64,000 nt of DNA, from assembly GCA_964035545.1 (NCBI GenBank), contig CAXIUT010000073.1, forward strand, positions 124,001 to 188,000. Reading direction: 5' to 3'. The stretch is from Bugula neritina (Eukaryota; Animalia; Bryozoa). The translations under genes and the position numbers were made by a program. The notes beneath the pieces were generated by a model, which did no database searches, was not told the origin of the DNA, and was given only the letters and a program-made list of their open reading frames with translations. Positions 37,524 through 52,800 of the stretch are shown piece after piece. Each line of letters opens with the position of its first letter. Within the stretch, counting starts at the first letter, position 1.

Positions 37524-40500
37524 AAATTCCAGTGCTGCTGGAAGACCTTTGCATTGTACACCCGCCTTTACTATTGAATTTAGATGTTTTATTTTCCCAT
37601 CCCCTCTCCTGCCCCCCTGTCCCCTCTAACAACCAGCAATCCTGACTCATGCGAAATGTGTTATTGTTCTAGAGTTGGCCCATGGGCCTACAGTATACGA
37701 TTTGAAGCTTTATAGTTTACAGGCAGTGGAGATGAGTCACTGCTGAAACCCATTTTATTAGTAGACTATATTGCTCTTCAATCATCAGTTTTCATATTCA
37801 AAGAGAAAGCTCATCTGCAGCGCCATTTCACAGTGTTATATTTTGCTAGAGTAATAACTAATTTTAGATGCCTTTGCAAACATATGAGAAATAAATGAGT
37901 CATTTTATGAAAAGAGGTGTTTGCAGCAGTTGTCCACTTTTGATTTAGACGCGTCATGGAAACTTTTGTAGTTTTAAATAATATCTCCAAACTCATCACT
38001 TGCATGTGTTTATATACTTGATAAAGTTTTTCATGCAAAACTTGATGCCTGCTTCAAAGACACCAGTGCTTAAAACTGTGTTAACTGTATTGGCACGTTG
38101 CCATGAGATATTTGGTTATATTTAGCATCACAACATACTCTTCAGAAAGTTAAGAAAATCAGTCTATAGAAAGTTAATGAAATAAACCTACCAGAGAGAG
38201 TAAGCCAGATGTAACAAGTAGATCCAAAACAAGTTGATTAACAATTGAAGTTGAATTCTCCATGTAGTGAATACTTTAGTCCTAATGTCAAATGCAAACG
38301 TCTGCAACCAAATTGTGTAGACTTCATGAGCTGGTTAGCTGACAGGACTCATTAAAGTTCTTAGCTGTTGTGTGTATAGTGATGCCCATCTTGAACTAGA
38401 GAGGGCTGACGGAAGACTGCTACTTTGTGAAAATTGACAATGCATATTATTATTATTCATTGTTGAGATTCACGACTGCCATAAACAATGATAAAATATT
38501 CATTGTTGGTACTACTGAGTAGAATAAAATATAATATAATATTATTCTCTGGACAGATAAACAATATCAAATGCATATTATAACATTACCATAAATCTAC
38601 GGCGCTTCACATCTTCACTTTTTTCTGCAATGTTATTTCTTTGCAGTTAGAAGTACTAGCTGAATATATGACTATGAAACATAACCCTTCAATTTCATTG
38701 CACCAGCACCGATTTCAATATAGGTGTGTTGGGAGTTATCTTTCCTAAAGTTTTGTTCTTGGTGTTTATACGAAGCAGACACAGGCTAATATTAGTTTTG
38801 TTATTTGCAAGAGTTTTTCTGTCTGATTGTCCATCAGCAAAAGTTTGCGCCTTGCAGTTATTATGGAAATACCAGTGATGCTGGAAGACCTTTGCATTGT
38901 ACACCCGCCTTTACTATTGAATTTAGATGTTTTATTTTCCCATCCCCTCTCCTGCCCCCCTGTCCCCTCTAACAACCAGCAATCCTGACTCATGTGAAAT
39001 GTGTTATTTAGTTTTAGAGTTGGACCATGGGCCTACAGTATACGATTTGAAGCTTTATAGTTTACAGGCAGTGGAGATGAGTCACTGCTGAAACCCATTT
39101 TATTAGTAGACTATATTGCTCTTCAATCATCAGTTTGCATATTAAAACAGAAAGCTCATCTGCAGCGCCATTTCACAGTGTTAAATTTTGCTAGAGTAAA
39201 AATTAATTTTAGATGCCTTTGCAAACATATGAGAAATAAATGAGTCATTTTATGAAAAGAGGTGTTTGCAGCAGTTGTCCACTTTTGATTTAGACGCGTC
39301 ATGGAAACTTTTGTAGTTTTAAATAATACCTCCAAACTCATCACTTGCATGTGTTTATATACTTGATAAAGTTTTTCATGCAAAACTTGATGCCTGCTTC
39401 AAAGACACCAGTGCTTAAAACTGTGTTAACTGTATTGGCACGTTGCCATGAGATATTTGGTTATATTTAGCATCACAACATACTCTTCAGAAAGTTAAGA
39501 AAATCAGTCTATAGAAAGTTAATGAAATAAACCTACCAGAGAGAGTAAGCCAGATGTAACAAGTAGATCCAAAACAAGTTGATTAACAATTGAAGTTGAA
39601 TTCTCCATGTAGTGAATACTTTAGTCCTAATGTCAAATGCAAACGTCTGCAACCAAATTGTGTAGACTTCATGAGCTGGTTAGCTGACAGGACTCATTAA
39701 AGTTCTTAACTGTTGTGTGTATAGTGATGCCCATCTTGAACTAGAGAGGGCTGACGGAAGACTGCTACTTTGTGAAAATTGACAATGCATATTATTATTA
39801 TTCATTGTTGAGATTCACGACTGCCATAAACAATGATAAAATATTCATTGTTGGTACTACTGAGTAGAATAAAATATATTATAATATTATTCTCTGGACA
39901 GATAAACAATATCAAATGCATATTATAACATTACCATAAATCTACGGCGCTTCACATCTTCACTTTTTTCTGCAATGTTATTTCTTTGCAGTTAGAAGTA
40001 CTAGCTGAATATATGACTATGAAACATAACCCTTCAATTTCATTGCACCAGCACCGATTTCAATGTAGGTGTGTTGGGAGTTATCTTTCCTAAATTTTTG
40101 TTCTTGGCAATTATACGAAACAGACACAGGCTAATATTAGTTTTGTTATTTGCAAGAGTTTTTCTGTCTGATTGTCCATCAGCAAAAGTTTGCGCCTTCC
40201 CGTTATTATGGAAATTCCAGTGCTGCTGGAAGACCTTTGCATTGTACACCCGCCTTTACTATTGAATTTAGATGTTTTATTTTCCCATCCCCTCTCCTGC
40301 CCCCCTGTCCCCTCTAACAACCAGCAATCCTGACTCATGCGAAATGTGTTATTGTTCTAGAGTTGGCCCATGGGCCTACAGTATACGATTTGAAGCTTTA
40401 TAGTTTACAGGCAGTGGAGATGAGTCACTGCTGAAACCCATTTTATTAGTAGACTATATTGCTCTTCAATCATCAGTTTGCATATTAAAACAGAAAGCTC

Positions 40501-43500
40501 ATCTGCAGCGCCATTTCACAGTGTTAAATTTTGCTAGAGTAAAAATTAATTTTAGATGCCTTTGCAAACATATGAGAAATAAATGAGTCATTTTATGAAA
40601 AGAGGTGTTTGCAGCAGTTGTCCACTTTTGATTTAGACGCGTCATGGAAACTTTTGTAGTTTTAAATAATACCTCCAAACTCATCACTTGCATGTGTTTA
40701 TATACTTGATAAAGTTTTTCATGCAAAACTTGATGCCTGCTTCAAAGACACCAGTGCTTAAAACTGTGTTAACTGTATTGGCACGTTGCCATGAGATATT
40801 TGGTTATATTTAGCATCACAACATACTCTTCAGAAAGTTAAGAAAATCAGTCTATAGAAAGTTAATGAAATAAACCTACCAGAGAGAGTAAGCCAGATGT
40901 AACAAGTAGATCCAAAACAAGTTGATTAACAATTGAAGTTGAATTCTCCATGTAGTGAATACTTTAGTCCTAATGTCAAATGCAAACGTCTGCAACCAAA
41001 TTGTGTAGACTTCATGAGCTGGTTAGCTGACAGGACTCATTAAAGTTCTTAACTGTTGTGTGTATAGTGATGCCCATCTTGAACTAGAGAGGGCTGACGG
41101 AAGACTGCTACTTTGTGAAAATTGACAATGCATATTATTATTATTCATTGTTGAGATTCACGACTGCCATAAACAATGATAAAATATTCATTGTTGGTAC
41201 TACTGAGTAGAATAAAATATATTATAATATTATTCTCTGGACAGATAAACAATATCAAATGCATATTATAACATTACCATAAATCTACGGCGCTTCACAT
41301 CTTCACTTTTTTCTGCAATGTTATTTCTTTGCAGTTAGAAGTACTAGCTGAATATATGACTATGAAACATAACCCTTCAATTTCATTGCACCAGCACCGA
41401 TTTCAATGTAGGTGTGTTGGGAGTTATCTTTCCTAAATTTTTGTTCTTGGCAATTATACGAAACAGACACAGGCTAATATTAGTTTTGTTATTTGCAAGA
41501 GTTTTTCTGTCTGATTGTCCATCAGCAAAAGTTTGCGCCTTCCCGTTATTATGGAAATTCCAGTGCTGCTGGAAGACCTTTGCATTGTACACCCGCCTTT
41601 ACTATTGAATTTAGATGTTTTATTTTCCCATCCCCTCTCCTGCCCCCCTGTCCCCTCTAACAACCAGCAATCCTGACTCATGCGAAATGTGTTATTGTTC
41701 TAGAGTTGGCCCATGGGCCTACAGTATACGATTTGAAGCTTTATAGTTTACAGGCAGTGGAGATGAGTCACTGCTGAAACCCATTTGATTAGTAGACTAT
41801 ATTGCTCTACAATCATCAGTTTTCATATTCAAAGAGAAAGCTCATCTGCAGCGCCATTTCACAGTGTTATATTTTGCTAGAGTAATAACTAATTTTAGAT
41901 GCCTTTGCAAACATATGAGAAATAAATGAGTCATTTTATGAAAAGAGGTGTTTGCAGCAGTTGTCCACTTTTGATTTAGACGCGTCATGGAAACTTTTGT
42001 AGTTTTAAATAATATCTCCAAACTCATCACTTGCATGTGTTTATATACTTGATAAAGTTTTTCATGCAAAACTTGATGCCTGCTTCAAAGACACCAGTGC
42101 TTAAAACTGTGTTAACTGTATTGGCACGTTGCCATGAGATATTTGGTTATATTTAGCATCACAACATACTCTTCAGAAAGTTAAGAAAATCAGTCTATAG
42201 AAAGTTAATGAAATAAACCTACCAGAGAGAGTAAGCCAGATGTAACAAGTAGATCCAAAACAAGTTGATTAACAATTGAAGTTGAATTCTCCATGTAGTG
42301 AATACTTTAGTCCTAATGTCAAATGCAAACGTCTGCAACCAAATTGTGTAGACTTCATGAGCTGGTTAGCTGACAGGACTCATTAAAGTTCTTAGCTGTT
42401 GTGTGTATAGTGATGCCCATCTTGAACTAGAGAGGGCTGACGGAAGACTGCTACTTTGTGAAAATTGACAATGCATATTATTATTATTCATTGTTGAGAT
42501 TCACGACTGCCATAAACAATGATAAAATATTCATTGTTGGTACTACTGAGTAGAATAAAATATAATATAATATTATTCTCTGGACAGATAAACAATATCA
42601 AATGCATATTATAACATTACCATAAATCTACGGCGCTTCACATCTTCACTTTTTTCTGCAATGTTATTTCTTTGCAGTTAGAAGTACTAGCTGAATATAT
42701 GACTATGAAACATAACCCTTCAATTTCATTGCACCAGCACCGATTTCAATATAGGTGTGTTGGGAGTTATCTTTCCTAAAGTTTTGTTCTTGGTGTTTAT
42801 ACGAAGCAGACACAGGCTAATATTAGTTTTGTTATTTGCAAGAGTTTTTCTGTCTGATTGTCCATCAGCAAAAGTTTGCGCCTTGCAGTTATTATGGAAA
42901 TACCAGTGATGCTGGAAGACCTTTGCATTGTACACCCGCCTTTACTATTGAATTTAGATGTTTTATTTTCCCATCCCCTCTCCTGCCCCCCTGTCCCCTC
43001 TAACAACCAGCAATCCTGACTCATGTGAAATGTGTTATTAAGTTTTAGAGTTGGACCATGGGCCTACAGTATACGATTTGAAGCTTTATAGTTTACAGGC
43101 AGTGGAGATGAGTCACTGCTGAAACCCATTTTATTAGTAGACTATATTGCTCTTCAATCATCAGTTTGCATATTAAAACAGAAAGCTCATCTGCAGCGCC
43201 ATTTCACAGTGTTAAATTTTGCTAGAGTAAAAATTAATTTTAGATGCCTTTGCAAACATATGAGAAATAAATGAGTCATTTTATGAAAAGAGGTGTTTGC
43301 AGCAGTTGTCCACTTTTGATTTAGACGCGTCATGGAAACTTTTGTAGTTTTAAATAATATCTCCAAACTCATCACTTGCATGTGTTTATATACTTGATAA
43401 AGTTTTTCATGCAAAACTTGATGCCTGCTTCAAAGACACCAGTGCTTAAAACTGTGTTAACTGTATTGGCACGTTGCCATGAGATATTTGGTTATATTTA

Positions 43501-46500
43501 GCATCACAACAAACTCTTCAGAAAGTTAAGAAAATCAGTCTATAGAAAGTTAATGAAATAAACCTACCAGAGAGAGTAAGCCAGATGTAACAAGTAGATC
43601 CAAAACAAGTTGATTAACAATTGAAGTTGAATTCTCCATGTAGTGAATACTTTAGTCCTAATGTCAAATGCAAACGTCTGCAACCAAATTGTGTAGACTT
43701 CATGAGCTGGTTAGCTGACAGGACTCATTAAAGTTCTTAACTGTTGTGTGTATAGTGATGCCCATCTTGAACTAGAGAGGGCTGACGGAAGACTGCTACT
43801 TTGTGAAAATTGACAATGCATATTATTATTATTCATTGTTGAGATTCACGACTGCCATAAACAATGATAAAATATTCATTGTTGGTACTACTGAGTAGAA
43901 TAAAATATAATATAATATTATTCTCTGGACAGATAAACAATATCAAATGCATAATATAACATTACCATAAATCTACGGCGCTTCACATCTTCACCTTTTT
44001 CTGCAATGTTATTTCTTTGCAGTTAGAAGTACTAGCTGAATATATGACTATGAAACATAACCCTTCAATTTCATTGCACCAGCACCGATTTCAATATAGG
44101 TGTGTTGGGAGTTATCTTTCCTAAAGTTTTGTTCTTGGTGTTTATACGAAGCAGACACAGGCTAATATTAGTTTTGTTATTTGCAAGAGTTTTTCTGTCT
44201 GATTGTCCATCAGCAAAAGTTTGCGCCTTGCAGTTATTATGGAAATACCAGTGATGCTGGAAGACCTTTGCATTGTACACCCGCCTTTACTATTGAATTT
44301 AGATGTTTTATTTTCCCATCCCCTCTCCTGCCCCCCTGTCCCCTCTAACAACCAGCAATCCTGACTCATGTGAAATGTGTTATTTAGTTTTAGAGTTGGA
44401 CCATGGGCCTACAGTATACGATTTGAAGCTTTATAGTTTACAGGCAGTGGAGATGAGTCACTGCTGAAACCCATTTTATTAGTAGACTATATTGCTCTTC
44501 AATCATCAGTTTGCATATTAAAACAGAAAGCTCATCTGCAGCGCCATTTCACAGTGTTAAATTTTGCTAGAGTAAAAATTAATTTTAGATGCCTTTGCAA
44601 ACATATGAGAAATAAATGAGTCATTTTATGAAAAGAGGTGTTTGCAGCAGTTGTCCACTTTTGATTTAGACGCGTCATGGAAACTTTTGTAGTTTTAAAT
44701 AATATCTCCAAACTCATCACTTGCATGTCTTTATATACTTGATAAAGTTTTTCATGCAAAACTTGATGCCTGCTTCAAAGACACCAGTGCTTAAAACTGT
44801 GTTAACTGTATTGGCACGTTGCCATGAGATATTTGGTTATATTTAGCATCACAACATACTCTTCAGAAAGTTAAGAAAATCAGTCTATAGAAAGTTAATG
44901 AAATAAACCTACCAGAGAGAGTAAGCCAGATGTAACAAGTAGATCCAAAACAAGTTGATTAACAATTGAAGTTGAATTCTCCATGTAGTGAATACTTTAG
45001 TCCTAATGTCAAATGCAAACGTCTGCAACCAAATTGTGTAGACTTCATGAGCTGGTTAGCTGACAGGACTCATTAAAGTTCTTAACTGTTGTGTGTATAG
45101 TGATGCCCATCTTGAACTAGAGAGGGCTGACGGAAGACTGCTACTTTGTGAAAATTGACAATGCATATTATTATTATTCATTGTTGAGATTCACGACTGC
45201 CATAAACAATGATAAAATATTCATTGTTGGTACTACTGAGTAGAATAAAATATATTATAATATTATTCTCTGGACAGATAAACAATATCAAATGCATATT
45301 ATAACATTACCATAAATCTACGGCGCTTCACATCTTCACTTTTTTCTGCAATGTTATTTCTTTGCAGTTAGAAGTACTAGCTGAATATATGACTATGAAA
45401 CATAACCCTTCAATTTCATTGCACCAGCACCGATTTCAATGTAGGTGTGTTGGGAGTTATCTTTCCTAAATTTTTGTTCTTGGCAATTATACGAAACAGA
45501 CACAGGCTAATATTAGTTTTGTTATTTGCAAGAGTTTTTCTGTCTGATTGTCCATCAGCAAAAGTTTGCGCCTTCCCGTTATTATGGAAATTCCAGTGCT
45601 GCTGGAAGACCTTTGCATTGTACACCCGCCTTTACTATTGAATTTAGATGTTTTATTTTCCCATCCCCTCTCCTGCCCCCCTGTCCCCTCTAACAACCAG
45701 CAATCCTGACTCATGCGAAATGTGTTATTGTTCTAGAGTTGGCCCATGGGCCTACAGTATACGATTTGAAGCTTTATAGTTTACAGGCAGTGGAGATGAG
45801 TCACTGCTGAAACCCATTTGATTAGTAGACTATATTGCTCTTCAATCATCAGTTTTCATATTCAAAGAGAAAGCTCATCTGCAGCGCCATTTCACAGTGT
45901 TATATTTTGCTAGAGTAATAACTAATTTTAGATGCCTTTGCAAACATATGAGAAATAAATGAGTCATTTTATGAAAAGAGGTGTTTGCAGCAGTTGTCCA
46001 CTTTTGATTTAGACGCGTCATGGAAACTTTTGTAGTTTTAAATAATATCTCCAAACTCATCACTTGCATGTGTTTATATACTTGATAAAGTTTTTCATGC
46101 AAAACTTGATGCCTGCTTCAAAGACACCAGTGCTTAAAACTGTGTTAACTGTATTGGCACGTTGCCATGAGATATTTGGTTATATTTAGCATCACAACAT
46201 ACTCTTCAGAAAGTTAAGAAAATCAGTCTATAGAAAGTTAATGAAATAAACCTACCAGAGAGAGTAAGCCAGATGTAACAAGTAGATCCAAAACAAGTTG
46301 ATTAACAATTGAAGTTGAATTCTCCATGTAGTGAATACTTTAGTCCTAATGTCAAATGCAAACGTCTGCAACCAAATTGTGTAGACTTCATGAGCTGGTT
46401 AGCTGACAGGACTCATTAAAGTTCTTAGCTGTTGTGTGTATAGTGATGCCCATCTTGAACTAGAGAGGGCTGACGGAAGACTGCTACTTTGTGAAAATTG

Positions 46501-49500
46501 ACAATGCATATTATTATTATTCATTGTTGAGATTCACGACTGCCATAAACAATGATAAAATATTCATTGTTGGTACTACTGAGTAGAATAAAATATAATA
46601 TAATATTATTCTCTGGACAGATAAACAATATCAAATGCATATTATAACATTACCATAAATCTACGGCGCTTCACATCTTCACTTTTTTCTGCAATGTTAT
46701 TTCTTTGCAGTTAGAAGTACTAGCTGAATATATGACTATGAAACATAACCCTTCAATTTCATTGCACCAGCACCGATTTCAATGTAGGTGTGTTGGGAGT
46801 TATCTTTCCTAAATTTTTGTTCTTGGCAATTATACGAAACAGACACAGGCTAATATTAGTTTTGTTATTTGCAAGAGTTTTTCTGTCTGATTGTCCATCA
46901 GCAAAAGTTTGCGCCTTCCCGTTATTATGGAAATTCCAGTGCTGCTGGAAGACCTTTGCATTGTACACCCGCCTTTACTATTGAATTTAGATGTTTTATT
47001 TTCCCATCCCCTCTCCTGCCCCCCTGTCCCCTCTAACAACCAGCAATCCTGACTCATGCGAAATGTGTTATTGTTCTAGAGTTGGCCCATGGGCCTACAG
47101 TATACGATTTGAAGCTTTATAGTTTACAGGCAGTGGAGATGAGTCACTGCTGAAACCCATTTTATTAGTAGACTATATTGCTCTTCAATCATCAGTTTTC
47201 ATATTCAAAGAGAAAGCTCATCTGCAGCGCCATTTCACAGTGTTATATTTTGCTAGAGTAATAACTAATTTTAGATGCCTTTGCAAACATATGAGAAATA
47301 AATGAGTCATTTTATGAAAAGAGGTGTTTGCAGCAGTTGTCCACTTTTGATTTAGACGCGTCATGGAAACTTTTGTAGTTTTAAATAATATCTCCAAACT
47401 CATCACTTGCATGTGTTTATATACTTGATAAAGTTTTTCATGCAAAACTTGATGCCTGCTTCAAAGACACCAGTGCTTAAAACTGTGTTAACTGTATTGG
47501 CACGTTGCCATGAGATATTTGGTTATATTTAGCATCACAACATACTCTTCAGAAAGTTAAGAAAATCAGTCTATAGAAAGTTAATGAAATAAACCTACCA
47601 GAGAGAGTAAGCCAGATGTAACAAGTAGATCCAAAACAAGTTGATTAACAATTGAAGTTGAATTCTCCATGTAGTGAATACTTTAGTCCTAATGTCAAAT
47701 GCAAACGTCTGCAACCAAATTGTGTAGACTTCATGAGCTGGTTAGCTGACAGGACTCATTAAAGTTCTTAGCTGTTGTGTGTATAGTGATGCCCATCTTG
47801 AACTAGAGAGGGCTGACGGAAGACTGCTACTTTGTGAAAATTGACAATGCATATTATTATTATTCATTGTTGAGATTCACGACTGCCATAAACAATGATA
47901 AAATATTCATTGTTGGTACTACTGAGTAGAATAAAATATAATATAATATTATTCTCTGGACAGATAAACAATATCAAATGCATATTATAACATTACCATA
48001 AATCTACGGCGCTTCACATCTTCACTTTTTTCTGCAATGTTATTTCTTTGCAGTTAGAAGTACTAGCTGAATATATGACTATGAAACATAACCCTTCAAT
48101 TTCATTGCACCAGCACCGATTTCAATATAGGTGTGTTGGGAGTTATCTTTCCTAAAGTTTTGTTCTTGGTGTTTATACGAAGCAGACACAGGCTAATATT
48201 AGTTTTGTTATTTGCAAGAGTTTTTCTGTCTGATTGTCCATCAGCAAAAGTTTGCGCCTTGCAGTTATTATGGAAATACCAGTGATGCTGGAAGACCTTT
48301 GCATTGTACACCCGCCTTTACTATTGAATTTAGATGTTTTATTTTCCCATCCCCTCTCCTGCCCCCCTGTCCCCTCTAACAACCAGCAATCCTGACTCAT
48401 GTGAAATGTGTTATTTAGTTTTAGAGTTGGACCATGGGCCTACAGTATACGATTTGAAGCTTTATAGTTTACAGGCAGTGGAGATGAGTCACTGCTGAAA
48501 CCCATTTTATTAGTAGACTATATTGCTCTTCAATCATCAGTTTGCATATTAAAACAGAAAGCTCATCTGCAGCGCCATTTCACAGTGTTAAATTTTGCTA
48601 GAGTAAAAATTAATTTTAGATGCCTTTGCAAACATATGAGAAATAAATGAGTCATTTTATGAAAAGAGGTGTTTGCAGCAGTTGTCCACTTTTGATTTAG
48701 ACGCGTCATGGAAACTTTTGTAGTTTTAAATAATACCTCCAAACTCATCACTTGCATGTGTTTATATACTTGATAAAGTTTTTCATGCAAAACTTGATGC
48801 CTGCTTCAAAGACACCAGTGCTTAAAACTGTGTTAACTGTATTGGCACGTTGCCATGAGATATTTGGTTATATTTAGCATCACAACATACTCTTCAGAAA
48901 GTTAAGAAAATCAGTCTATAGAAAGTTAATGAAATAAACCTACCAGAGAGAGTAAGCCAGATGTAACAAGTAGATCCAAAACAAGTTGATTAACAATTGA
49001 AGTTGAATTCTCCATGTAGTGAATACTTTAGTCCTAATGTCAAATGCAAACGTCTGCAACCAAATTGTGTAGACTTCATGAGCTGGTTAGCTGACAGGAC
49101 TCATTAAAGTTCTTAACTGTTGTGTGTATAGTGATGCCCATCTTGAACTAGAGAGGGCTGACGGAAGACTGCTACTTTGTGAAAATTGACAATGCATATT
49201 ATTATTATTCATTGTTGAGATTCACGACTGCCATAAACAATGATAAAATATTCATTGTTGGTACTACTGAGTAGAATAAAATATATTATAATATTATTCT
49301 CTGGACAGATAAACAATATCAAATGCATATTATAACATTACCATAAATCTACGGCGCTTCACATCTTCACTTTTTTCTGCAATGTTATTTCTTTGCAGTT
49401 AGAAGTACTAGCTGAATATATGACTATGAAACATAACCCTTCAATTTCATTGCACCAGCACCGATTTCAATGTAGGTGTGTTGGGAGTTATCTTTCCTAA

Positions 49501-49850
49501 ATTTTTGTTCTTGGCAATTATACGAAACAGACACAGGCTAATATTAGTTTTGTTATTTGCAAGAGTTTTTCTGTCTGATTGTCCATCAGCAAAAGTTTGC
49601 GCCTTCCCGTTATTATGGAAATTCCAGTGCTGCTGGAAGACCTTTGCATTGTACACCCGCCTTTACTATTGAATTTAGATGTTTTATTTTCCCATCCCCT
49701 CTCCTGCCCCCCTGTCCCCTCTAACAACCAGCAATCCTGACTCATGCGAAATGTGTTATTGTTCTAGAGTTGGCCCATGGGCCTACAGTATACGATTTGA
49801 AGCTTTATAGTTTACAGGCAGTGGAGATGAGTCACTGCTGAAACCCATTT
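30965..49850. repeat. Tandem duplication of a 7-unit block (period 9407 bp)
   Basis: Marker ORFs 31092/40499, 33319/42726, 35125/44532, 37352/46759 and 39156/48563 all differ by 9407. The junction falls in the B/A chimeric unit near 40370-40480. Confidence 0.85.
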
Positions 49851-52800
49851 GATTAGTAGACTATATTGCTCTTCAATCATCAGTTTTCATATTCAAAGAG
49901 AAAGCTCATCTGCAGCGCCATTTCACAGTGTTATATTTTGCTAGAGTAATAACTAATTTTAGATGCCTTTGCAAACATATGAGAAATAAATGAGTCATTT
50001 TATGAAAAGAGGTGTTTGCAGCAGTTGTCCACTTTTGATTTAGACGCGTCATGGAAACTTTTGTAGTTTTAAATAATATCTCCAAACTCATCACTTGCAT
50101 GTGTTTATATACTTGATAAAGTTTTTCATGCAAAACTTGATGCCTGCTTCAAAGACACCAGTGCTTAAAACTGTGTTAACTGTATTGGCACGTTGCCATG
50201 AGATATTTGGTTATATTTAGCATCACAACATACTCTTCAGAAAGTTAAGAAAATCAGTCTATAGAAAGTTAATGAAATAAACCTACCAGAGAGAGTAAGC
50301 CAGATGTAACAAGTAGATCCAAAACAAGTTGATTAACAATTGAAGTTGAATTCTCCATGTAGTGAATACTTTAGTCCTAATGTCAAATGCAAACGTCTGC
50401 AACCAAATTGTGTAGACTTCATGAGCTGGTTAGCTGACAGGACTCATTAAAGTTCTTAGCTGTTGTGTGTATAGTGATGCCCATCTTGAACTAGAGAGGG
50501 CTGACGGAAGACTGCTACTTTGTGAAAATTGACAATGCATATTATTATTATTCATTGTTGAGATTCACGACTGCCATAAACAATGATAAAATATTCATTG
50601 TTGGTACTACTGAGTAGAATAAAATATAATATAATATTATTCTCTGGACAGATAAACAATATCAAATGCATATTATAACATTACCATAAATCTACGGCGC
50701 TTCACATCTTCACTTTTTTCTGCAATGTTATTTCTTTGCAGTTAGAAGTACTAGCTGAATATATGACTATGAAACATAACCCTTCAATTTCATTGCACCA
50801 GCACCGATTTCAATATAGGTGTGTTGGGAGTTATCTTTCCTAAAGTTTTGTTCTTGGTGTTTATACGAAGCAGACACAGGCTAATATTAGTTTTGTTATT
50901 TGCAAGAGTTTTTCTGTCTGATTGTCCATCAGCAAAAGTTTGCGCCTTGCAGTTATTATGGAAATACCAGTGATGCTGGAAGACCTTTGCATTGTACACC
51001 CGCCTTTACTATTGAATTTAGATGTTTTATTTTCCCATCCCCTCTCCTGCCCCCCTGTCCCCTCTAACAACCAGCAATCCTGACTCATGTGAAATGTGTT
51101 ATTTAGTTTTAGAGTTGGACCATGGGCCTACAGTATACGATTTGAAGCTTTATAGTTTACAGGCAGTGGAGATGAGTCACTGCTGAAACCCATTTTATTA
51201 GTAGACTATATTGCTCTTCAATCATCAGTTTGCATATTAAAACAGAAAGCTCATCTGCAGCGCCATTTCACAGTGTTAAATTTTGCTAGAGTAAAAATTA
51301 ATTTTAGATGCCTTTGCAAACATATGAGAAATAAATGAGTCATTTTATGAAAAGAGGTGTTTGCAGCAGTTGTCCACTTTTGATTTAGACGCGTCATGGA
51401 AACTTTTGTAGTTTTAAATAATATCTCCAAACTCATCACTTGCATGTCTTTATATACTTGATAAAGTTTTTCATGCAAAACTTGATGCCTGCTTCAAAGA
51501 CACCAGTGCTTAAAACTGTGTTAACTGTATTGGCACGTTGCCATGAGATATTTGGTTATATTTAGCATCACAACATACTCTTCAGAAAGTTAAGAAAATC
51601 AGTCTATAGAAAGTTAATGAAATAAACCTACCAGAGAGAGTAAGCCAGATGTAACAAGTAGATCCAAAACAAGTTGATTAACAATTGAAGTTGAATTCTC
51701 CATGTAGTGAATACTTTAGTCCTAATGTCAAATGCAAACGTCTGCAACCAAATTGTGTAGACTTCATGAGCTGGTTAGCTGACAGGACTCATTAAAGTTC
51801 TTAACTGTTGTGTGTATAGTGATGCCCATCTTGAACTAGAGAGGGCTGACGGAAGACTGCTACTTTGTGAAAATTGACAATGCATATTATTATTATTCAT
51901 TGTTGAGATTCACGACTGCCATAAACAATGATAAAATATTCATTGTTGGTACTACTGAGTAGAATAAAATATATTATAATATTATTCTCTGGACAGATAA
52001 ACAATATCAAATGCATATTATAACATTACCATAAATCTACGGCGCTTCACATCTTCACTTTTTTCTGCAATGTTATTTCTTTGCAGTTAGAAGTACTAGC
52101 TGAATATATGACTATGAAACATAACCCTTCAATTTCATTGCACCAGCACCGATTTCAATGTAGGTGTGTTGGGAGTTATCTTTCCTAAATTTTTGTTCTT
52201 GGCAATTATACGAAACAGACACAGGCTAATATTAGTTTTGTTATTTGCAAGAGTTTTTCTGTCTGATTGTCCATCAGCAAAAGTTTGCGCCTTCCCGTTA
52301 TTATGGAAATTCCAGTGCTGCTGGAAGACCTTTGCATTGTACACCCGCCTTTACTATTGAATTTAGATGTTTTATTTTCCCATCCCCTCTCCTGCCCCCC
52401 TGTCCCCTCTAACAACCAGCAATCCTGACTCATGCGAAATGTGTTATTGTTCTAGAGTTGGCCCATGGGCCTACAGTATACGATTTGAAGCTTTATAGTT
52501 TACAGGCAGTGGAGATGAGTCACTGCTGAAACCCATTTGATTAGTAGACTATATTGCTCTTCAATCATCAGTTTTCATATTCAAAGAGAAAGCTCATCTG
52601 CAGCGCCATTTCACAGTGTTATATTTTGCTAGAGTAATAACTAATTTTAGATGCCTTTGCAAACATATGAGAAATAAATGAGTCATTTTATGAAAAGAGG
52701 TGTTTGCAGCAGTTGTCCACTTTTGATTTAGACGCGTCATGGAAACTTTTGTAGTTTTAAATAATATCTCCAAACTCATCACTTGCATGTGTTTATATAC

